From the NCBI GenBank assembly GCA_947588825.1, contig CANPZU010000003.1, positions 7,807 to 71,806 on the forward strand: a stretch of 64,000 nucleotides of DNA. Reading direction: 5' to 3'. Every line of letters starts with the position of its first letter. Within the stretch, counting starts at the first letter, position 1. A program made the position numbers and the translations under genes. This DNA is from an uncultured Clostridia bacterium (GTDB lineage: Bacteria; Bacillota; Clostridia; Oscillospirales; CAG-272). Positions 39,740 to 47,374 of the stretch are shown here, one piece after another. The notes under the pieces were generated by a model. That model was not told the origin of the DNA. It saw nothing but the letters and a program-made list of their open reading frames with translations, and did not search any database.

Positions 39740-41962
39740 TTATTCGACACGCATCTTTGACATCTGCCTTTGTGCCATTACAAGTCCGAAATAGATGCCT
39801 TTTTTGCGCATAAGCGCGTCGTGTGTGCCCACCTCTGCTACGCCCGCTCCGTCAAGAACCACTATTTTTGTAGCGTTTCTAAGAGTTGAAAGCCTGTGCG
39901 CTATAGCGATGGTCGTCCTGTCGGCGATAAGGTTTGACAACGCGTCCTGTATCTGCTTTTCGGTCTCGGTATCCAAAGAGGCGGTTGCCTCGTCAAGTAT
40001 CAGTATCCTCGGGTCGTGAAGCAGAGCGCGGGCTATTGATATTCTCTGTCTTTCTCCGCCCGAAAGCGTATACCCTCTCTCGCCCACATATGTGTTATAC
40101 GCATCCGGCAGCTTTACTATAAAGGAATGAGCCCCCGCAAGCTTTGCCGCGCGTATCACCTCTTCCCTGTCAGCGTCCGGTTTAGCGTACGCTATATTGT
40201 CGTATATCGAACCGCTGAATAGGAACGTCTCCTGAAGAACCGCGCCGATTTGTGAACGAAGGCATTCCTGAGATATCTCTCGTATATCGTGCCCGTCTAT
40301 GAGTATCCTTCCGTCACTTACATCGTACATGCGCATGATAAGGTTTATAAGAGTGGATTTGCCCACGCCGGAGCGCCCCACAACACCTATCATTTCTCCC
40401 GGTTTAATTGAGAGCGAAATGTCCTTCAACACCTCTTTTGACTCGTCATATCCAAAGGTAACGTGCTCAATCTCAATATTTCCCTTAATCTTAAACTTGA
40501 TGGCTCCGACCGCGTCGTCAACGTCAATTTTTTCGTCCACGATCTCAAACACTCTCGCGACCGCCACCATGAGCATGGTCAGCTGCCTTGTGATATTGGC
40601 AAAAATCCTCATAGGGCCGTATATCAGACTGACATAGGTGGAAAAGACGGCCATCTCTCCCAACGTCATTTCGCCGCTTATGATTTTATTGCCGACATAG
40701 TACAAAAGAACAAACTCTCCCATTCCCATAAGAAAATTGACAATAGGCGAAAATACTGCGAAAAAGCGCTCGTTTCTGATCCTTATGCGGCATTCCTCGT
40801 CTGTCTCTTTTTCAAACCGCCGGTTTTCGTACGCTTCCATACCGAAGGACTTTACCACTCGTATTCCCGAAAAAATGTCATGCAGCAGGGTCTGCACCTG
40901 ATCTCCCACCTGCCACTGACGGCGGTACATCTTTCTTGTTCTGTTTCGAAAAATCCTGTGCGCCGCTATTGCAAGAGGCATTGGAAGAATAATGAGCAGC
41001 GCAAGCTTCCAATCATAAACAAAGAGTATGATTCCAACCGACAAAAACATCAAAAGCTGCTCTATAATGCCCGGAATCTCGTTTGTCATAAAGTTCTGAA
41101 TGGTGGTGGTATCTCCTGTGACCCTGTGCATTATATTACCGGCGGTCCGCCTTGAAACGCTTGCCACCGAAAGCTTTTGAACCTTTTCAAACACAATCGA
41201 ACGCAGCCTTGTTATAACGTCGGTGCTCGCCTTTATAAGTATCCTGCTTCGCAGTATCCCGATAAGCCTTGACAGCAGATTTATGCCGAACATGGAGAGC
41301 ACTATAAAGACAAACGGCAGAACGTCCCTGTTTCGCGGCGTTATATATTCGTCCACAAGTATCCTCTGTATCTGAGGGGCAAGGAGATTTACTCCCGTCA
41401 CAACGAAAAACAAAACCATGGATAAAAATATGTACGCTTTGCTCCCGGTCATCACTTCCCACAGTTTCTTGACGTATTTGCGTTTATCCATACACCTTAG
41501 ACAGCGATCTCCCTCTATGTCTTTTGAGAGAGGACGGCCGCACTTGACGCAAAATCTCATTACCTGTATGTTTTCTTCTCTCAAAGGTCTGCCTTCCAAA
41601 ATAGCGCAAAGCCTGCCGGCGATCACAAAAAACTCGGTCTTGTGCTTCATGGTGGAACGGCATACTATTGTCGCCTCATTGCATTTTATGAGCTCCAATT
41701 GAACGCAGCCGAGAAGCATTTTCGCTTCAAAGCGACAATCCGGGCCGATTTGCCTGCAAGATACCGTTTTGCCGTTTTCAACAAGAAAAAAGCGATCCTT
41801 GTAAAAGACTGCGAACATGTCCTCGTCGCTTATCTTTTTGCTGCTTATATCATACGAAAGAATTGCAGCGGGAAGCTCCCCGTTCTCAATGTCGGTCAAA
41901 TTCGGTTTTATTTTCTCATACACCTTATATTCATATTCTGTCAAAACAATCTCCCGCCGCAC
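39740..41962 (-). CDS. ABC transporter permease/ATP-binding protein (type I exporter half-transporter) with an N-terminal zinc-ribbon module
   Basis: A non-ABC N-terminal region of about 165 aa ends in CVKC-x12-CLRCMDKRK. Six TM helices follow, then an NBD with Walker A GRSGVGKST, signature LSGGERQR, Walker B ILILDEATASLD and H-loop AHRLS. The start could be the GTG at 41962 or the TTG at 41944, which follows GGGAG. Confidence 0.85.
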   Translation of the reverse strand: MRREIVLTEYEYKVYEKIKPNLTDIENGELPAAILSYDISSKKISDEDMFAVFYKDRFFLVENGKTVSCRQIGPDCRFEAKMLLGCVQLELIKCNEATIVCRSTMKHKTEFFVIAGRLCAILEGRPLREENIQVMRFCVKCGRPLSKDIEGDRCLRCMDKRKYVKKLWEVMTGSKAYIFLSMVLFFVVTGVNLLAPQIQRILVDEYITPRNRDVLPFVFIVLSMFGINLLSRLIGILRSRILIKASTDVITRLRSIVFEKVQKLSVASVSRRTAGNIMHRVTGDTTTIQNFMTNEIPGIIEQLLMFLSVGIILFVYDWKLALLIILPMPLAIAAHRIFRNRTRKMYRRQWQVGDQVQTLLHDIFSGIRVVKSFGMEAYENRRFEKETDEECRIRIRNERFFAVFSPIVNFLMGMGEFVLLYYVGNKIISGEMTLGEMAVFSTYVSLIYGPMRIFANITRQLTMLMVAVARVFEIVDEKIDVDDAVGAIKFKIKGNIEIEHVTFGYDESKEVLKDISLSIKPGEMIGVVGRSGVGKSTLINLIMRMYDVSDGRILIDGHDIREISQECLRSQIGAVLQETFLFSGSIYDNIAYAKPDADREEVIRAAKLAGAHSFIVKLPDAYNTYVGERGYTLSGGERQRISIARALLHDPRILILDEATASLDTETEKQIQDALSNLIADRTTIAIAHRLSTLRNATKIVVLDGAGVAEVGTHDALMRKKGIYFGLVMAQRQMSKMRVE

Positions 41963-42009
41963 GGCGCGGCTTTCATATTATGTAGTATCAGAGCCGTATG
42001 TTTGAAATC

Positions 42010-42531
42010 TCAGATGTACAGCTCAATTTTCTTATAAGATTTTTTATCCAGCTTGTTATAGTCCTCGATCTCATAGCGGTTGCCGTCGTTGTCCAGCACA
42101 TATATGCGGCTTTCCCCTATCTTTATCATCGAGCGGTATGTGTCGCGTACGGTAAACGTTACGACGCCCACGTCGGTATTCACCTTCCAGCTTGAAAAGC
42201 CGAATTTTTCCTTGAGCATAAGTATGGACTTTATCTTGGGTATAAAATACTTGATCGATAGCTCATTTTTTATCAGCTCGGCGCTCTCCCCGTCAAAATC
42301 GTCGATACTTGCTATCAGTCCGTACTCCTCGGAATCCTTGTTCATGACCGAGATGTTGGTCCACAGTTCGGTGTACGGGAAAAGACGATGCAGATATACT
42401 CTGCCAAAATCAGTTTGCTCGCCGCTTTCGTTTGTAAAACGCATGCCGATAAAATCTCCCGTTTTGTAAAAGCTCGCATTGTTTTTATTTAAATATATTA
42501 TTTTGACTACATTGTTTATCGCCGTCGCCAT
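42010..42531 (-). CDS. DUF1854-like small cytoplasmic protein, ABC-transporter associated
   Basis: The ATG at 42531 follows GGGAGGA (42541-42547). The 173-aa soluble protein contains RLFPYT...ISV..KDSEEYGLIASIDDFD, SWKVNTDVGVVTF and DNDGNRYEIEDYNKLDKKS. These match my recollection of the DUF1854 (PF08909) consensus; no HMM check was possible. Confidence 0.55.
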   Translation of the reverse strand: MATAINNVVKIIYLNKNNASFYKTGDFIGMRFTNESGEQTDFGRVYLHRLFPYTELWTNISVMNKDSEEYGLIASIDDFDGESAELIKNELSIKYFIPKIKSILMLKEKFGFSSWKVNTDVGVVTFTVRDTYRSMIKIGESRIYVLDNDGNRYEIEDYNKLDKKSYKKIELYI

Positions 42532-42550
42532 ATACCGTTTTCCTCCCTCA

Positions 42551-42613
42551 TTATTCAATTATTCAATTATTCAATTATTCAACTATTCAATTATTCAACT
42601 ATTCAATTATTTT
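42551..42613. repeat. Tandem 8-nt repeat, (T/C)TATTCAA x7 plus a partial unit; on the transcribed minus strand TTGAATA(A/G)
   Basis: Read directly: TTATTCAA at 42551, 42559, 42567, 42575 and 42591; CTATTCAA at 42583 and 42599; partial TTATTTT at 42607. The array ends 3 nt from the RBS of the DUF1854-like gene. Confidence 0.97.
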
Positions 42614-42649
42614 TTCAAACCGGCAAGCGCGGCTCCGAAGTACCGTTTA

Positions 42650-44863
42650 TCAATCCTCGGCAATACCCGCGTTTTTGAGCGCTTCAAGCTGAAGCATGTA
42701 AAGCGTATAATATATTCCTTTTTTCTTGATAAGCTCCGCGGGCGTTCCGAACTCGGGCATTTTCTTGTCCTTTATGACAATAAGATAGTCGGCGTTGCGC
42801 AGCGTTGAAAGACGGTGCGCAATGGTGATAGTGGTTCGGGTCTTTGCGAGCTTATCAAGAGTGTCCTGAATCTGCCGCTCGGTTTGAGTGTCCATGGCGG
42901 CGGTGGCTTCGTCGAGAATAAGTATTTTCGGGTCGCGCAGAAGCGCTCTCGCTATTGAAACGCGCTGCTTTTCACCGCCCGAAAGCTCTTTGTATCCGAA
43001 CCCCACCTTAGTCTCATAAGCGTCGGGAAGCTTGATTATAAAATCGTGAGCGCCCGCCGCCTTTGCAGCCTGCATGACCTGTTCCTGCGTTGCCTCGGGA
43101 CACGCGTACTTTATGTTTTCGAGTATGGTGCCGCAGAAAAGGTAGGTTTCCTGAGACACTATCGCGATGTTTCGGTGTAAGTCCTCAAACGCGTAATCCT
43201 TTATATTCACTCCGTCGATCAGTATCTCTCCCTCTTCCACGTCGTACAGGCGCATCAGAAGATTAGCTATCGTACTCTTACCCACTCCCGTGTGTCCCAC
43301 GATACCGATAGCGCCGCCCGGCTCGATGTCAAAGCTGATCCCGTCGAGTATGCGGCGGTTTTTCACATATGAAAACTTTACGTCCTTAAATGTTACCTTG
43401 CCGTCAAATACGCTCTTGCGCACGGGGTTTGGAGATTCTTTCACCTCGGGAAGCGCGTCCATTATCTCAAACAAACGGCTCATCGCGCTGAAACTCTCAG
43501 AGGCTGATTGCATCATGTTCACAAACGCGTAAAGCGGGTCGTATATCATTCCGATATACGCTATAAACGTGAGAAGCATACCGTAAGTAAGACCGAAAGA
43601 ACCGTCGATTATCATAAATCCGCCGACTCCCCATACCACGATAACTCCTATGTAAACAAGCTGGTTCACCATCGGGAAGGCGGTCGAGGCAAAGTTTGAC
43701 ACTCTTCTGCTCTCGCGCGCGAGATTTGAACTGGCCTTGTCAAAGCGCTTGCTTTCGTTTTTCTCCCTTGAGAAGGTTTTTACCACTCTTATACCCGTAA
43801 GAAGATCGGAAAGAAGGCCGTTCATCGACCTTTCCTTCGAATAACGCCTGAAATGGAGCTTTTGACTGTGTCGAAACAGCTTTCCGATAAGGAGCGCGAC
43901 AAGCGGCACCATGAGAAGTGAGAGAACTGTCAGCAGAGGGTTAATAAACATCATAATGATAAACACAGTCAAAAATTGTACGGAGTTTATTATTATGACA
44001 GGAAGTCCGTCAACGAAAAACCAATAAATCCTGTTTGAATCGCTGTTGACCTGATTCATCAGGCCGCCGGTCGATCTCGAGGTGAAAAAGCTGACCGAAA
44101 GCCTTTCGATAGCCTTGAAAATTGTTTTTTTGATATCGTTTACGATCTGTGCGGAAATACGGGTGCTCACGATATCGTTGACAACATTGACAAGCAGACG
44201 AAACACCCTTAAAGCGATTATAAGGGAAAGCACGTATACGATCATTCCGTAGAAGCTGCCGTCCTTGCTCAGCACCTGATCGTAATAAAATCCCGAGCTT
44301 ATGTAAGGAGCAATGACCGCAAGGGCGCTCATCAGCACGAGCATAATAAGAATCATGAGCATCTTGAACTTGTATTTGAGGAAAAATCCGCTCATCCGCA
44401 TGACTATTTTCCCTCTATCCATGCAAATGGGGCAGAACTTCCTCTCGATATCCGCATATCTCATGCCGCACTTCGGGCAGTACGCCTCTTCCGGAAAATC
44501 CGCGTCAGGCTCTTCATTGTTTTTGAGCTTCTCAAAGGTGTGAGCGACTTTAAAAACATCGTTTTTTGCAGAAAAAGAGAGGTATGATAAAAGCTCTCCG
44601 CGTCCCTTTGTTTCTATCCAAACGCGGCAGCAGGATATAAGCTCCTCTATATCAATCTTGTCGATATCTGAAACCAAATACTCTTTATACTCTTGACCGA
44701 ATATACGTACAAGCTTGTCCTTGGTAAGAACAAGATAACCGTCGCAGTATATTTCCCTGTCGTCAAGATCGATATACGCAAAGGAGAGTATGTCGCTTTC
44801 CCTGACGCCTTTTTCGCTTAACAGACTTTTTGCCTTATCGCATATACTGCTGTTTGTTTTCAT
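42650..44863 (-). CDS. ABC transporter permease/ATP-binding protein (type I exporter half-transporter) with an N-terminal zinc-ribbon module
   Basis: A non-ABC N-terminal region of about 155 aa ends in CPKC-x11-CPICMDRGK (nt 44423-44479). Six TM helices follow, then an NBD with Walker A GHTGVGKST, signature LSGGEKQR, Walker B ILILDEATAAMD and H-loop AHRLS. Confidence 0.85.
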   Translation of the reverse strand: MKTNSSICDKAKSLLSEKGVRESDILSFAYIDLDDREIYCDGYLVLTKDKLVRIFGQEYKEYLVSDIDKIDIEELISCCRVWIETKGRGELLSYLSFSAKNDVFKVAHTFEKLKNNEEPDADFPEEAYCPKCGMRYADIERKFCPICMDRGKIVMRMSGFFLKYKFKMLMILIMLVLMSALAVIAPYISSGFYYDQVLSKDGSFYGMIVYVLSLIIALRVFRLLVNVVNDIVSTRISAQIVNDIKKTIFKAIERLSVSFFTSRSTGGLMNQVNSDSNRIYWFFVDGLPVIIINSVQFLTVFIIMMFINPLLTVLSLLMVPLVALLIGKLFRHSQKLHFRRYSKERSMNGLLSDLLTGIRVVKTFSREKNESKRFDKASSNLARESRRVSNFASTAFPMVNQLVYIGVIVVWGVGGFMIIDGSFGLTYGMLLTFIAYIGMIYDPLYAFVNMMQSASESFSAMSRLFEIMDALPEVKESPNPVRKSVFDGKVTFKDVKFSYVKNRRILDGISFDIEPGGAIGIVGHTGVGKSTIANLLMRLYDVEEGEILIDGVNIKDYAFEDLHRNIAIVSQETYLFCGTILENIKYACPEATQEQVMQAAKAAGAHDFIIKLPDAYETKVGFGYKELSGGEKQRVSIARALLRDPKILILDEATAAMDTQTERQIQDTLDKLAKTRTTITIAHRLSTLRNADYLIVIKDKKMPEFGTPAELIKKKGIYYTLYMLQLEALKNAGIAED

Positions 44864-44941
44864 ATAGTCACACTCCTTTCACTAAAAGCTCCAAACAAAT
44901 AAAATGACAAAACATCTGACTTTTTCAGCACATCCTTGGAT

Positions 44942-44970
44942 ATAGTATCACATTTTTCGTATATTATCAA
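44942..44970 (-). promoter_or_regulatory. Candidate sigma-A promoter for the ABC/DUF1854 cluster
   Basis: The minus strand reads TTGATA (44970-44965), a 17-nt spacer, then TGaTACTAT (-10 at 44947-44942). It lies about 80 nt upstream of the first ATG. Confidence 0.5.
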
Positions 44971-45122
44971 TCGATTGTTCTCAAATTCACAATTTATTAA
45001 CGTTTATGAGATACAATTATATAAAATCATATGTTTAAAAATGAGTATTTATCCGCCGTTTTAAAGCGTATGAAAAACGACATTCATTTTGAAAATTTAC
45101 GGGAGTAAAAGTCAAAGCCATT

Positions 45123-45668
45123 ATGAAAAAACTCAATACCGCCGACATCGGCACATGGGCGAGCCAATTAAAAGCTGGCGAACTTATATACCTTTCGGGG
45201 ACAGTATACACCGCACGGGATGCGGCTCACAAACGTATTTTCGCACTTTTGAATGAAAACAAACCGCTTCCTTTCGATATAAAAGGAAGCGCGATATACT
45301 ATGCCGGTCCGACTCCGGCAAAAGCAAACATGGCAGTAGGCTCGTGCGGTCCGACCACCTCCTCGAGAATGGACCCGTATACGCCGAGGCTTCTTGACCT
45401 TGGTCTGATATGCATGATAGGAAAGGGGGACCGCTCTGAGCAGGTATACAAGGCGATAGTGCGAAACAGCGGCATATACCTTTGCGCGGTGGGCGGAGCG
45501 GGGGCGCTTGCAGCCTCCTGCGTACGTTCTGCAAAGGTCATAGCATTTGAGGACCTGGGATGTGAATCAATAAAGCGTCTTGAGATCGAGGATTTTCCTC
45601 TTTATGTGGGAATAGACAGCACCGGCGCTTCTATCTTTGCAAAAGGAGTAAAGAGCATATCCTTATGA
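45123..45668 (+). CDS. Fe-S hydro-lyase beta-type subunit (class I fumarate hydratase C-terminal domain / tartrate dehydratase beta family)
   Basis: The 181-aa protein has GTVYTARDAAHKRI, YYAGPTP, GSCGPTTSSRMDPYTP and MIGKGDRS, the conserved blocks of FumA-C/TtdB. No alpha-subunit gene lies anywhere in the window. Confidence 0.85.
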   Translation: MKKLNTADIGTWASQLKAGELIYLSGTVYTARDAAHKRIFALLNENKPLPFDIKGSAIYYAGPTPAKANMAVGSCGPTTSSRMDPYTPRLLDLGLICMIGKGDRSEQVYKAIVRNSGIYLCAVGGAGALAASCVRSAKVIAFEDLGCESIKRLEIEDFPLYVGIDSTGASIFAKGVKSISL

Positions 45669-46549
45669 CAATAGGTGAAAAGATAAAAACGCTGCGTACA
45701 AAAGCCTGTCTTACTCAAAAGGAGGTGTGCGGCGACTTCATGACCCGAAACATGCTCAGCCGTATCGAGAGCGGCAGCGCTCTTCCCTCCCTCGCTACCC
45801 TCTGTTATCTTGCGGACAAATTCGAAGTAGATCCGGGGTATCTTATTTCCCGCGAGGAAAATACCGACGCGTTTGTCAAACTGCAAATTATCGGCAAGGT
45901 ACGAAAGCTTTACGAAAGTCAAGAATATAAAGAATGTCTTGCGCTTATCGAAGGTCATCCCTGCAAGGACGTCGAACTCTCCCTTTATTATGCGTCCTGC
46001 GCCCTGCTTGCGGGAAAGGACAGATATGCCGAAGGCGACTTTGAGGGCTCTCTTGATCTTTTTCAAAAAGGAGCCGAGCGTCTGTCCGGCTTTCCTATCT
46101 GCCGCACTCTTTCCGAGATTTTTGACTGTCTGATACAAAAATGCAAAGGCGCCGCCGAGCAAAGGCCCTTTGAAAGTATATCTCTTCCCGAAAACAGCTT
46201 CACTAAATACTTGCACGAGAGACTCATATACGATTTTCTGTTGAAACTGATCAAAACGGACAGATATGAGATTGCCGCCCAAGTATTCGATCAGTTAAAG
46301 ATATCAAATCCCCTTCTGCGCAAACACATAAACGCCCGGCTTTCCATGGCTTCCTCAAACCACGCGAGGGCGCGCACCCTCCTTTCAGAAATAGTAAGCT
46401 CCTTTGACGGGCAAAGCGGCGATCTTCCGTTCAAATATTTAATATATTCAGACCTTGAGATCAGCTGTAAAGCTATCGGGGACTATGAGGGGGCATATAC
46501 AAGCGCGATCGAAAAAAATAATCTCGCATCAATTCTTAAGATCAAATAA
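45665..46549 (+). CDS. XRE-family helix-turn-helix transcriptional regulator with a TPR-like helical C-terminal domain (Rgg/RNPP-like architecture)
   Basis: The N-terminal HTH reads IGEKIKTLRTKACLTQKEVCGDFMTRNMLSRIESGSALPSLATLCYLADKFEVDPGYL. The all-helical, repeat-like C-terminus is about 220 aa. The ATG overlaps the upstream stop (ATGA at 45665-45668). Confidence 0.75.
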   Translation: MTIGEKIKTLRTKACLTQKEVCGDFMTRNMLSRIESGSALPSLATLCYLADKFEVDPGYLISREENTDAFVKLQIIGKVRKLYESQEYKECLALIEGHPCKDVELSLYYASCALLAGKDRYAEGDFEGSLDLFQKGAERLSGFPICRTLSEIFDCLIQKCKGAAEQRPFESISLPENSFTKYLHERLIYDFLLKLIKTDRYEIAAQVFDQLKISNPLLRKHINARLSMASSNHARARTLLSEIVSSFDGQSGDLPFKYLIYSDLEISCKAIGDYEGAYTSAIEKNNLASILKIK

Positions 46550-46586
46550 ATCGTACGCTTCACAACAAAAAGCACACGGCGACAAT

Positions 46587-46635
46587 AAAAAAGCATTCGC
46601 TCAAAACGCAAAAGGTCCGGGCGGATGCTTTTTTA
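46587..46635. terminator. Bidirectional-type hairpin terminator between the convergent regulator and deacetylase genes
   Basis: AAAAA-AGCATTCGC, a 20-nt loop, then GCGGATGCT-TTTTTT. The A-tract and T-tract flank a 9-bp stem with one G-U pair. Confidence 0.6.
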
Positions 46636-46672
46636 TATAAATTGTGCAGCGCCGCTGCCTGTATATCGGCAT

Positions 46673-47374
46673 TTACAGCTTCATCAGTTCGGAAACCGTC
46701 ACAAAGCAATATCCTTCTTCAATAAACCACGGTATAAGAGTTTCAAGCGCTTCGAGAGTGTGACTCTCTCCCACGATATAATCGTGAAAAAGGATTACAT
46801 CTTTGCTTTTGGTGTTCTGCCTGACCGTGGATATTATCTTACTCGCCTTTGTGTTCGCCCAATCTCTCGTGTCGACATTCCATAAGACCATTTGATAATT
46901 CATCTCTGCGGCGACCCTCTTTACAGAATCGTTTATCACGCCCTCGGGAGGTCTGAAGAGCCGCATCCTGTAACCGAATTTATCGGTAATCAGTTTGTCC
47001 GTTTTTATAAGGTCGTTTTTCAGCTCCTCCCCTTTTGACTGCTTTAAGTGCTTGTGAGAATAGGTGTGGTTTCCCACCTCGTGTCCGTCTCTTATCTCTT
47101 CTTCCACTATGTCGCTCCATTGCTCCACATTGACGCCTATGACAAAAAACGTCGCTTTGACGTCATATTCTTTGAGAAGTGCGAGAATCTCCCGCGTCCT
47201 TCCCGGGTGAGGCCCGTCGTCAAAGGTCAGAGCGACATACTTTTTTTCACTCGAAGTATCCGCGTAAGATGAAAGCGCGAACGCGCCGAAGCCAAAGCCA
47301 AAGATAATAAAAAAGGCAAGAAAGGCGGACAGAGCACGCAAAGGCGCCGACCTTTGCCTTTTGCTCATGCTCAT
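46673..47374 (-). CDS. Polysaccharide deacetylase family protein (NodB homology domain), secreted or membrane-anchored
   Basis: An N-terminal hydrophobic signal/anchor is followed by LTFDDGPHP and HTYSHKHL metal/catalytic motifs. The ATG at 47374 overlaps the pdaA stop (ATGA) and follows GGAGGAG. Confidence 0.85.
   Translation of the reverse strand: MSMSKRQRSAPLRALSAFLAFFIIFGFGFGAFALSSYADTSSEKKYVALTFDDGPHPGRTREILALLKEYDVKATFFVIGVNVEQWSDIVEEEIRDGHEVGNHTYSHKHLKQSKGEELKNDLIKTDKLITDKFGYRMRLFRPPEGVINDSVKRVAAEMNYQMVLWNVDTRDWANTKASKIISTVRQNTKSKDVILFHDYIVGESHTLEALETLIPWFIEEGYCFVTVSELMKL

Noticed and set aside
42551-42613. Whether the tandem repeat array could be a CRISPR array.
   Set aside because: The units are 8 nt and directly abutting, with no spacers. 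There are no cas genes in the window.
42479-42808. A 109-aa plus-strand ORF whose product contains NYSIIQLFNYSIIQLFNY repeats.
   Set aside because: The peptide repeat is just the translation of the 8-nt DNA tandem repeat (three units equal 24 nt). The ORF spans an intergenic spacer and the 3' end of an ABC gene on the wrong strand, and it has no RBS.
45602-46282. A 226-aa minus-strand ORF covering most of the XRE/TPR regulator gene.
   Set aside because: The plus-strand frame has a textbook HTH and an ATGA coupling to the upstream gene. The minus-strand ORF has no RBS and would run into the hydro-lyase gene.
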